64,000 bases of DNA from an uncultured virus (IMG/VR IMGVR_UViG_3300027736_000023). Taxonomy: Duplodnaviria; Heunggongvirae; Uroviricota; Caudoviricetes. This document shows positions 9,813-17,489 of the stretch, one piece after another. The position numbers and the translations under genes are program-made. The stretch lies in IMG/VR virus record IMGVR_UViG_3300027736_000023; one strand, written 5' to 3'. The notes below the pieces were generated by a model, which had not been told where the DNA came from, ran no database searches, and saw nothing but the letters and a program-made list of their open reading frames with translations. The stretch's first letter is position 1, and each line of letters opens with the position of its first letter.

Positions 9813-10205
9813 TTAATTTAATATTTTTTGACCTTGGTCAATAACCTTTAAGCCATTGTTGCGGTCAATATACATATACTCACATGAAATTAAACCAAGT
9901 ACTTTAAAGTGATCTAATACTTCGTCTGTTGAAAAGTCAGAACATGAGTAGATATCAAATTGAAAAAATGCAGGGTCCGGTTTATCCCAAATATGAATTG
10001 CAGCATGTGATGTTGCTAAGGTAATTGTTCCAGTAATACCTTCATTACCTGGTTCAGCTACATAAACCGAAGTAGGGCCGGCAACAACTACCATTCTAAC
10101 TTTTTTAACAAGATCAATTAACCATTGATTTAAAACAGCTTCATCTTTTATTGGATCTTTAATATATCCTTTTACTAAGAGGTGGAGGTGATTTGGAGTA
10201 AACAT
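9813..10205 (-). CDS. speD: S-adenosylmethionine decarboxylase family (pyruvoyl) proenzyme
   Basis: HLLV, GITGTITLATSHAAIHIW, FDIYSC. Confidence 0.85.
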   Translation of the reverse strand: MFTPNHLHLLVKGYIKDPIKDEAVLNQWLIDLVKKVRMVVVAGPTSVYVAEPGNEGITGTITLATSHAAIHIWDKPDPAFFQFDIYSCSDFSTDEVLDHFKVLGLISCEYMYIDRNNGLKVIDQGQKILN

Positions 10206-10220
10206 ATAGCAATTATTTAG

Positions 10221-10862
10221 TTATTTTAAAAGATTATAATATTCAGTAAAGTGTTTTAGTCGGTCCGGTAAACCAATTGTTCCACCATTAACTCGTTTGG
10301 TTACCGCAGTTACGGTAGCAACATCGGCTCCTTTGTCACAAATTGCCCAAAGATTATTTGAATTAAAGAAGAATGCAGCTGAGGCCAATGGATATTTAGT
10401 TGAAATAAGATCTGGATTTGCAACAGTATCTTCTCCAATAAATTTAGCAAAATTAGAATAGTTACTCTTACCAGTTAATTGGATATAGCCACGACCTCTA
10501 AATTTATAACCTTCGCCACTTGACTCTGCACCATTACCCATACGGTTTCCATATACTAGGTTTGCAATTTTTTCTGGTTTACGTTCGTATTCAATAGCCT
10601 TTGCCTCGGTTAAGAAATATTTACTAAAAATACTGCGTAAACCCTTAGCTCCATAGTTTAAATTTTCTGAAACTGCTTTAAAACCGCCGCTTTCATGGCC
10701 ACATTGGGCTAAAAAATGAGCAAGTCTTAATGGTGTTGTAATATTAAATTTATTTGCTGTGTCTTGAATTTGAGAAATTACTGCAGCTGGAATATGACCA
10801 GTAAGTGCAGTTAATTTAAAGTTAGGACTTTTGGGTGAACCTGATGAACTTTCTAATGCCAT
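10221..10862 (-). CDS. glycoside hydrolase family 19 (chitinase-like) endolysin
   Basis: AHFLAQCGHESGGF, ENLNY, YKFRGRGYIQLTGKSNY, VNGGTIGL. Confidence 0.92.
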   Translation of the reverse strand: MALESSSGSPKSPNFKLTALTGHIPAAVISQIQDTANKFNITTPLRLAHFLAQCGHESGGFKAVSENLNYGAKGLRSIFSKYFLTEAKAIEYERKPEKIANLVYGNRMGNGAESSGEGYKFRGRGYIQLTGKSNYSNFAKFIGEDTVANPDLISTKYPLASAAFFFNSNNLWAICDKGADVATVTAVTKRVNGGTIGLPDRLKHFTEYYNLLK

Positions 10863-10879
10863 AATTGAGAAGTTTATTG

Positions 10880-10888
10880 TTATTTATT
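10880..10888 (-). promoter_or_regulatory. putative late promoter (AATAAATAA) for the endolysin operon
   Basis: T4 TATAAATA-like box shortly upstream of the GH19 start. Confidence 0.5.
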
Positions 10889-10942
10889 TAAGGCATATAC
10901 TGCAATACTCTAATAAATAATAAAGAATTAATCTAATAAATA

Positions 10943-11323
10943 ATGAAAAATTTAGTATGTCGTAAAAGTGCCCTACTTACTCTAGAGTGGTGTATTACTA
11001 AATATGGACCTAGTAAATTTTCAAAATTAAATACCCTAACTGTTAAGCTTAACTCTAAATTAAAATCACTGGGTCAATATGATGAAGTTGATAATATCAT
11101 TTATTTAAATCCTAAACTACATACCAACTTAAAAGATTGGGTATCAACCATTATCCATGAGTATACTCATTTTAAACAGCCTATCCATAAAAAATATAAT
11201 CAGTATTTAGAAGAGTACGGCCGCAACTATAATAATCATCCATACGAAATTACTGCAAATAACAAGGCTTGCCGAGACACAGTTACGGCAACGGAATGGG
11301 TTTTTGGAAAAATAAAAATGTAA
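10943..11323 (+). CDS. putative zinc metallopeptidase
   Basis: TIIHEYTH (HExxH) plus downstream HPYE. Confidence 0.7.
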   Translation: MKNLVCRKSALLTLEWCITKYGPSKFSKLNTLTVKLNSKLKSLGQYDEVDNIIYLNPKLHTNLKDWVSTIIHEYTHFKQPIHKKYNQYLEEYGRNYNNHPYEITANNKACRDTVTATEWVFGKIKM

Positions 11324-11341
11324 TAAGATAGATAACTTTTT

Positions 11342-11368
11342 AAACTATTATGACCAGTTTAGTATAAT
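11342..11368 (+). promoter_or_regulatory. putative promoter AAAC-N15-AGTATAAT
   Basis: Member of a recurrent intergenic motif (see findings). Confidence 0.6.
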
Positions 11369-11402
11369 ATAACTAGTTAATAAAAATAAAAACAAATACC
11401 CT

Positions 11403-11603
11403 ATGAAAACCACAATTTGTGTAATGGCAATGGCCATATTAGTGTTGGTAACAAGCTGTAATTCAGGCACGGCACCAGCTGTTGAAACTGTGCTTGATAG
11501 CACTGCAGTTTGCGCAGATTCATGTGCAGCAGCCTGTTCTACAGTACAAAGCACTGATTCAGTATCTGAAGTAACTCCGGTTGCAACAGTAACAGTTAAG
11601 TAA
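11403..11603 (+). CDS. small lipoprotein
   Basis: Signal peptide ending in lipobox LVTS-C; low-complexity T/V/D/S tail. Confidence 0.7.
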   Translation: MKTTICVMAMAILVLVTSCNSGTAPAVETVLDSTAVCADSCAAACSTVQSTDSVSEVTPVATVTVK

Positions 11604-11644
11604 TTTACCTAGAGTAAATCAGAACGCGAATCTTTTAGATTAAT

Positions 11645-11676
11645 AAGGAGCCTAACGGCTCCTTTTCTGTTTTTTT
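11645..11676 (+). terminator. Rho-independent terminator
   Basis: AAGGAGCC-TAAC-GGCTCCTT hairpin followed by a T-rich tract. Confidence 0.85.
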
Positions 11677-11680
11677 ATAT

Positions 11681-11708
11681 AAACTTAATTATTAAATTAA
11701 AGTATAAT
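11681..11708 (+). promoter_or_regulatory. putative promoter AAAC-N16-AGTATAAT
   Basis: Recurrent motif, directly after the terminator. Confidence 0.6.
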
Positions 11709-11734
11709 AGGTATATTAATATAAAAATAATATT

Positions 11735-12058
11735 ATGGAAACACTATTAGCTAGAGTAGAAAAAGAAAGCAGTAATTACTCAACTGCTGAACATGCAGCA
11801 ATAGACCATTTAAAAATGGCTCAGGCACACCTATTTGAAGAAACCGAAGGAAGAAATATTGATAATTGGTTGTCAGATATCGATATAATAATTCAAAAGT
11901 TAGAAAATAGACTTGAAGGATTAAGTGCACAGTTTGAAAATGATATTCTAAAATCTGCTGAGTATGACGCATTTAGGCTAGCCAATCCAAGCGAATCAAT
12001 TAAAGCACTGTATACGAAATCGGCATTAACTGAAAAATTAAATAAACTCATAATTTAG
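11735..12058 (+). CDS. hypothetical protein
   Basis: 107 aa ORF. Confidence 0.7.
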   Translation: METLLARVEKESSNYSTAEHAAIDHLKMAQAHLFEETEGRNIDNWLSDIDIIIQKLENRLEGLSAQFENDILKSAEYDAFRLANPSESIKALYTKSALTEKLNKLII

Positions 12059-12062
12059 CAGT

Positions 12063-12290
12063 ATGGACAATCAATTACGAGTAGGTTTAGAAAATTCAAC
12101 CGCAATCATTTGTGAATCATGTAGTAATAATACATTTATTGAAGCAAATTATATTAGAAAAATATCAAAGCTATTAACTGGTTCCCCGGAAGATATGATT
12201 GTACCAATACCAACCTTTGTCTGTACCAAGTGCAGTCATGTTAATGAGCAATTTAAGATAAAAATGCCAGAGCCTAAAATATTAAGTTAA
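12063..12290 (+). CDS. zinc-ribbon protein
   Basis: CESC...CTKC. Confidence 0.75.
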   Translation: MDNQLRVGLENSTAIICESCSNNTFIEANYIRKISKLLTGSPEDMIVPIPTFVCTKCSHVNEQFKIKMPEPKILS

Positions 12291-12291
12291 T

Positions 12292-12993
12292 ATGAATGAT
12301 TCAATTTGTTTAGTAATAGCACATACCGATACTAATTATAGAAAACGGTTATTAATTGAATGCTTGAGCTCTATTGAGTTACCGGTTATTTTATCTACAA
12401 ATTATCCAGTTAGCGAAGACACTCAACTATTATGTAATTATTATGTATATAATAAAAATAACCCATTACTATATAAAGAAGACTTTAGTAAATATAATGT
12501 AAGTTATAATTATTGGTATATAGATGGTGATGGTAATAGAGTAGTTGTTCCATTTAATTTTGAGCACGGGTATGCCGTGTATTCTTTAATACGAGAAGGC
12601 TTGGAATTTATACAAAAATTAGGTTATAAAAAAGTTCATATTATAAACTATGACTATAATATATCAACCAAAACAATTAGTGATAATTCAAATTTGTTAA
12701 ACGACTATGATATGGTTGTGTATAAGTATAATGATGATGAGCATGATCAAGCTAGCTACTGTTCTGGGTTTATATCATCAAACTTAGAACACATATTACA
12801 GTTCTTTACTAAATTTAAAAATAAAGAATCTTATTATTCAATTGAAGAACCGTTTAGTATTTTAGAAATAAAGTTAAAAAAATATTTAGACCATCAAAAT
12901 TTAAATATATCTAAAAAATTAATCGACTCTCTAAAAGAGAGTAATAAATTAAATCAAGAAGGGCTTCTTTACTTTTCAAAATCAATCGACTAA
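12292..12993 (+). CDS. putative glycosyltransferase-like protein
   Basis: GT-A-like layout with HIINYDY; paralog of 13667; sits in a glycan-modifying cluster. Confidence 0.5.
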   Translation: MNDSICLVIAHTDTNYRKRLLIECLSSIELPVILSTNYPVSEDTQLLCNYYVYNKNNPLLYKEDFSKYNVSYNYWYIDGDGNRVVVPFNFEHGYAVYSLIREGLEFIQKLGYKKVHIINYDYNISTKTISDNSNLLNDYDMVVYKYNDDEHDQASYCSGFISSNLEHILQFFTKFKNKESYYSIEEPFSILEIKLKKYLDHQNLNISKKLIDSLKESNKLNQEGLLYFSKSID

Positions 12994-12998
12994 CATAT

Positions 12999-13679
12999 AT
13001 GATGAATACATTTAAACAATTGGGTACTAAATATAACACCGATAAAACCATGCACCATGGCTATCATTTTTTTTACCCTAGATTTCTTGAACATTTAAGA
13101 AATGAAACCTTTACAATGTTAGAAATTGGATTAGGTACATTTGAAGATAATACTGGAAAAGCAGGTTGCGTCGGTAATTCTCCTAAATTATGGAAAGAAT
13201 ATTTTTGTAATGCTAAGGTATTTGTAATGGATATTGATTATGAATATACGGATGAATATGGAACCGTAATTAAAGGTGACCAATCTAATATAGATGATAT
13301 AATTAGAGTAGCTAACCAGGTTGGCCCAGCTAAATTTATTATTGATGACGGCAGTCACCATGCTGAACATCAGCTGCTTACGTTTAACTACCTATTTCAA
13401 AATTTATTAGAACCAGGCGGTGTTTATATTATAGAAGATATAGAGTGTTCTTATTGGAAACCGGATGCTGATATTTATGGCTATAGAATAGGTCATTTAA
13501 ATATTATTGACTATTTTACTAAGTATCAACATGACCTAAATTCGGAGTTTCATCATGGTAAAAATAATTTAGAAATATCTTCAATATCATATGGTCAAAA
13601 CTGTATTATAATAACTAAACAAACTGAAGAAGAAAAATCATTTTATAATAGACAATATCGGTTCGGATGGAAAATTTAA
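12999..13679 (+). CDS. class I SAM-dependent (sugar O-) methyltransferase
   Basis: TDK, LEIGLG, GDQS, IIDDGSH, LEPGGVYIIED. Confidence 0.85.
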   Translation: MMNTFKQLGTKYNTDKTMHHGYHFFYPRFLEHLRNETFTMLEIGLGTFEDNTGKAGCVGNSPKLWKEYFCNAKVFVMDIDYEYTDEYGTVIKGDQSNIDDIIRVANQVGPAKFIIDDGSHHAEHQLLTFNYLFQNLLEPGGVYIIEDIECSYWKPDADIYGYRIGHLNIIDYFTKYQHDLNSEFHHGKNNLEISSISYGQNCIIITKQTEEEKSFYNRQYRFGWKI

Positions 13680-14602
13680 AAAAAGTTGCATTAATAAGCA
13701 CATACTGTGATACTCAAGAAAAATTAGATATTCTTGAAAAAAATATTGATAATATTAAAAAATTAGCAATTGATGTTATTGTTATTAGTCCAATTTTTTT
13801 ACCTCAATATATTCAAACTAAATGCGACTATTTTTTCTTAACTAAAGATAATCCTGTATTAGATTGGCCGCAAAAAGCAATGCAGGCTTGGAAAAATATA
13901 TCGATTAACGGTAAATCAGTTACGGTTGCCAGAACCTATGCTGATTATGGATGGGCCGGTTTATTTCAAGTTAAAAAATTAAGTGAACTTGCCCTGACAT
14001 TAGACTATGATTATTTTTATCATATGATATATGATTTAAAGTTTGATGAAACTGTTATTGAAGGACTAAATGGTAAAGGTGAATGTGATATATATTCTTC
14101 AAAAAGAGATGCTCAAATATGGGAGGTTGGATTGCATTTTATGGTATTCAATAGAGAAAATTTACAAAAATTTATACCGCATATTACTTTAGAAAATTAT
14201 TTAACTTCAAAAGGCGGAGATGCTTTTACTTGGCTACTAGATCTTAAATCAGTTTTTCCATACCACACTATCCATAAACCAGTTGAGGATGAGATTTATT
14301 ATTATGAAGGCCATGATTTTTTTAACTCATCGCCAATTGCTGATTTGCCATTTTTTATTATTAAAGATGATGAACACTTAGATAATATTAAACTCTTGTT
14401 TTATTTAAGCATTGAGAATATACCATTTCAAATTATGATTGATGACCTTATCATGGATGAGGTTAGCGAAAACTTTAAGATTATTGATTTGGGTTTTAAT
14501 AAACTATCGCCAAAATCAGTTCAAATAACATATAATGAAACCGTATTTGATATTACTGATACAATTAATAAACTTAAACACAGTACTTTTAGATTTAATT
14601 AA
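13667..14602 (+). CDS. putative glycosyltransferase-like protein
   Basis: Paralog of 12292 (CDYFFLTKDNPVL, HMIYDL). Confidence 0.5.
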   Translation: MENLKKVALISTYCDTQEKLDILEKNIDNIKKLAIDVIVISPIFLPQYIQTKCDYFFLTKDNPVLDWPQKAMQAWKNISINGKSVTVARTYADYGWAGLFQVKKLSELALTLDYDYFYHMIYDLKFDETVIEGLNGKGECDIYSSKRDAQIWEVGLHFMVFNRENLQKFIPHITLENYLTSKGGDAFTWLLDLKSVFPYHTIHKPVEDEIYYYEGHDFFNSSPIADLPFFIIKDDEHLDNIKLLFYLSIENIPFQIMIDDLIMDEVSENFKIIDLGFNKLSPKSVQITYNETVFDITDTINKLKHSTFRFN

Positions 14603-15148
14603 ATGGAAAACTTACACTTATGGAAAGCCGATAGTGGAACCTATTTTGATAGAACGGTTAACATAATTTCATGGAGTGATACCTACCTAATTAAAACTGG
14701 CAAATACTGTTCAATTGGAAGAGACTGTACCTTTTTCTTACATGCAAATCACAGACACGATTGGATAACAACAAGTTCTCAGCTCTTAGGGCCAGTTACT
14801 TCAGAAATTGCAGACTTACATATGCAAATGGGTCATCCTAGCTGTAAAGGCGATATTATAATAGGTAATGATGTATGGATTGGTGCAAAGTCAACAGTTA
14901 TGTCAGGTGTTACAATTGGAGACGGTTCAGTAGTTGCTGCCGGTTCTCTCGTTACAAAAGACGTTGCCCCATATTCGGTAGTTGGTGGAAATCCAGCAAA
15001 ACATATAAAATATAGATTCTCAACTGGTCAAATTAATGATCTATTAGATATTGCCTGGTGGAATTGGGAAGAAGGTAAAATTAAAGAAGAGGCCATGACC
15101 TTATGGAGCACAGACTTAACCCATTTTATAAAAAAACATAAAGGATGA
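14603..15148 (+). CDS. CatB/Vat-like hexapeptide-repeat O-acetyltransferase
   Basis: GKYCSIG, KGDIIIGNDVWIG, GSLVTKDVAPYSVVGGNPAK, WWNW. Confidence 0.92.
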   Translation: MENLHLWKADSGTYFDRTVNIISWSDTYLIKTGKYCSIGRDCTFFLHANHRHDWITTSSQLLGPVTSEIADLHMQMGHPSCKGDIIIGNDVWIGAKSTVMSGVTIGDGSVVAAGSLVTKDVAPYSVVGGNPAKHIKYRFSTGQINDLLDIAWWNWEEGKIKEEAMTLWSTDLTHFIKKHKG

Positions 15149-15996
15149 TTACAGTTACATATAGTGCAGACGGTATCCACGTTAAGGCTGATGAAATAAG
15201 TAAATATAATAAAAATTTACCGTTAACTGTAAATATTAAAAAGCACGTTAGTGGTGAACTACAGTGGTCAGGTGTATTAAATGATAATTGGTTTGCAACC
15301 TATCCAAATACTGAAATGTTTGATATTGAAATTACTGACTCAAAGGCTAATTTAATTTATATTAAAACTTGGGATATTATGGAACACGGTACGCACTTCT
15401 ATAAATCACTATGGCTATATAATAAACACCTATTAGCAGGTGGTATTTTTCCAAGAGGGCTTGTTATTGGAACACATGATGGAGAATTTGGTGAGTGGGT
15501 TCCGGTTGTTAAAAAAAGAGAATGTGAAGTTGTGCTTGTTGAAGCCTCAGACTCTCAATTCCAAAAATTAAAACAAAATTACCGTAATAATTCTAGAGTT
15601 AAACTGGTTCAAAAATTAATAACTCCAACCGGCGGTGAAGTTGAGTTCTTTGAAGGAGGTAAAGGCTATACAAATAGTGTAGTTGAGTCAGTTATTAAAA
15701 ATTGGGAAACTGAAGAAATTAGGTCAACCCGAAGAGAGTCAATAGGTATTACTGACCTGATTTTAAATGAATGTGGTGGCCGTATTGACTGGCTACACCT
15801 AGATGTTGAAGGTTTGGATGCTGATCTGATTATGGCGATTGACCAAACCAGGGTTTTATTACCCCATTTTATAATATTTGAAGACTATAATTTATCAACA
15901 GATAAAAAGAGTCAAATTTATAATTGGTTAACGGATAAAGGTTATCAAATTTATTCAAACGGTGGAATTTGCGAAGCCATATTCCACAATAAATAG
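15145..15996 (+). CDS. FkbM-family methyltransferase with N-terminal extension
   Basis: VIGTHDG, LVEA, IDWLHLDVEGLD, IIFE. Confidence 0.8.
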   Translation: MITVTYSADGIHVKADEISKYNKNLPLTVNIKKHVSGELQWSGVLNDNWFATYPNTEMFDIEITDSKANLIYIKTWDIMEHGTHFYKSLWLYNKHLLAGGIFPRGLVIGTHDGEFGEWVPVVKKRECEVVLVEASDSQFQKLKQNYRNNSRVKLVQKLITPTGGEVEFFEGGKGYTNSVVESVIKNWETEEIRSTRRESIGITDLILNECGGRIDWLHLDVEGLDADLIMAIDQTRVLLPHFIIFEDYNLSTDKKSQIYNWLTDKGYQIYSNGGICEAIFHNK

Positions 15997-16027
15997 TATA
16001 TTAACTAAGTAACAAAATACCATATAT

Positions 16028-16351
16028 ATGAAACCAGATAATACAATTAGTTTTACAGAGCGTAACTATTTAGAAAACGAAGAGTTCAATAAAAAGAACC
16101 AAGATGAGGTAATAATTAAAGTAAGCAAGGCTGTTGTCTTTAAAAAAGCCCATGGTTATTCATTAACCTTTAGTAAATTAATGAAGAAGTGGAATTGCTC
16201 AACCCCAGATGCATGGAGAGAATTACGCCGCCAGCATAAAAAGGAAAATTATATTGGGCCAAAGCGTGAAAAGAAAGTGGTTGAGGCTGCTCCAGTTCAG
16301 AATAACAACTGGAATAATAAAAACAAAAACGGCCAGCGGTCTAAATACTAA
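16028..16351 (+). CDS. basic hypothetical protein
   Basis: 107 aa, K/R-rich, immediately upstream of the ncRNA array. Confidence 0.7.
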   Translation: MKPDNTISFTERNYLENEEFNKKNQDEVIIKVSKAVVFKKAHGYSLTFSKLMKKWNCSTPDAWRELRRQHKKENYIGPKREKKVVEAAPVQNNNWNNKNKNGQRSKY

Positions 16352-16356
16352 TACTG

Positions 16357-16478
16357 ATCAGGTTTGTCCGTGGTAACCATTCGCCCTAACTAACAAGTTA
16401 ACGGCTGGTGTCCTTAGTCAAAATCCAAACACTGATTCTCTGGTGATTGGGCTAAATGAGAAACAAAAACGGTCACCA
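16357..16478 (+). ncRNA. putative structured RNA A (possible pseudoknots)
   Basis: Stems ATCAG-GTTTG/CAAAC-A-CTGAT, TAACT/AGTTA, TGGTGATTG/CGGTCACCA; loop GGCTAA and GAGAA are complementary to upstream TTAGTC and TTCTC. Confidence 0.5.
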
Positions 16479-16540
16479 ATTTAATAAAGAACTAGTATAG
16501 TGTAATTACGAAACTCTTCACAGTTTTTATACTATTAAAA

Positions 16541-16690
16541 CCCAGCCACTGTATTCCCAAGGGATGGTGTGGTGTCGAGAGCTGCAACCTGCTAAACGGT
16601 GAAGGAGGGTACCCAAGCCTCTCAAAAGTAGAAACAACGTCTCCCCAGTTTCTTGTTCTGTGCACGGAAAGGATTTATAAGGAGCGCTAT
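16541..16690 (+). ncRNA. putative structured RNA B
   Basis: GC-richer non-coding stretch with stems GCCAC/GTGGT, GAGAGCT/AGCCTCTC and AGAAAC/GTTTCT. Confidence 0.4.
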
Positions 16691-16796
16691 AGTCAGGTGG
16701 CGGAATGGCAGACGCAATTAGAAAGTTCCTATAACGCAACGGTTAATGTCGTGGAGCTTTGATATTAACATACAGGTTCGATTCCTGTCCTGACTA
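16691..16796 (+). ncRNA. tRNA-like element 1 (no canonical anticodon arm)
   Basis: Acceptor AGTCAGG/CCTGACT-A, Leu-type D arm GCGGAATGGCAGACGC, T arm ACAGG-TTCGATT-CCTGT; the central ~56 nt is non-canonical. Confidence 0.75.
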
Positions 16797-16820
16797 CATG
16801 TTCTGTTATTAGCAGATAAT

Positions 16821-16999
16821 GTGCCCTACATGATGAGAAACGGAGTGATGTCCGTAAGATGGCTTGGTATCACAGTAAGACTGTGTGTGATTTGTTCAGT
16901 CACCTCAATAAGGGGAAGAGTTTGTAGTAACCGTTGAACTATTCCTAACCCAGCAATGGGGACAACCTCAACACCTGTAAGTTGGATAAAGTAGGGTGT
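16821..16999 (+). ncRNA. putative multi-branched structured RNA C
   Basis: Closing stem GCCCTAC/GTAGGGT; hairpins ACGGA/TCCGT, CACAGT/ACTGTG, GTTCAG/TTGAAC, CCCA-GCAA-TGGG (GNRA), CAAC/GTTG. Confidence 0.65.
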
Positions 17000-17004
17000 T
17001 AAAT

Positions 17005-17091
17005 AGTCAGGTGGTGTAATTGGTAACACCTTTCATTGTCAGGCCCCGTAAGGCTGGAAAGACGATACTTGTTCGAATCAGGTCCTGACTA
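17005..17091 (+). ncRNA. tRNA-like element 2 (Asp-like GTC loop with 12 nt insertion)
   Basis: Same acceptor AGTCAGG/CCTGACT-A; D arm GTGTAATTGGTAACAC; T arm ACTTG-TTCGAAT-CAGGT; enlarged anticodon loop. Confidence 0.75.
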
Positions 17092-17115
17092 CAAAAATAA
17101 GGTAGATAATACACT

Positions 17116-17186
17116 TGTCGGTTCGTCTAAGGGCAGGACAGAAGTTTTTGGTTCTTCTAATGGTAGTTCGAATCTATCACCGACAA
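17116..17186 (+). tRNA. tRNA-Gln(TTG)
   Basis: TGTCGGT/ACCGACA acceptor; anticodon arm GAAGT-TTTTGGT-TCTTC (T-T at 31-39); T arm GGTAG-TTCGAAT-CTATC. Confidence 0.85.
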
Positions 17187-17222
17187 CCCAAATCTTTATT
17201 AAAAATTAAAGTACTATAGTAT

Positions 17223-17489
17223 ATGAAAGGTTCACAAATAAAATCAAAGGCTGAACAGGTTGAACTTAACCGGCTGTTGGCAGAGTTTTCTGAAAAACTA
17301 GAAACTGATCCATATCAGCCTGGAATTGTGCATCCGCATCTGTGTTCTGATGATTTACAGGATGTAATTGAGGACCTATTATGGATTAGAGGAAATTCTG
17401 AAATTACCGTTAAAATTAAAAAAGAGTCTGACATTGACCGAATTTCAATAGAGATACTTGACCGTAAAAATACCTTAACCAATGAATAA
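17223..17489 (+). CDS. hypothetical protein
   Basis: 88 aa ORF. Confidence 0.65.
   Translation: MKGSQIKSKAEQVELNRLLAEFSEKLETDPYQPGIVHPHLCSDDLQDVIEDLLWIRGNSEITVKIKKESDIDRISIEILDRKNTLTNE

Noticed and set aside
14603..15148. Chloramphenicol/streptogramin resistance gene
   Set aside because: The hexapeptide family includes many sugar O-acetyltransferases, and the glycan-cluster context favours that role.
16828..16845. Hammerhead ribozyme (ATGATGAGAAAC)
   Set aside because: The core needs CTGANGA and a stem II before GAAA; neither is present.
16527..17029. Minus-strand ORFs 16527-16739 and 16826-17029
   Set aside because: They are antisense to the tRNA-like and structured RNA elements and have atypical composition; likely spurious.
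16691..17091. tmRNA spanning the two tRNA-like elements
   Set aside because: Each element has its own complete D arm, T arm and acceptor; there is no G3-U70 Ala identity pair and no convincing tag ORF.
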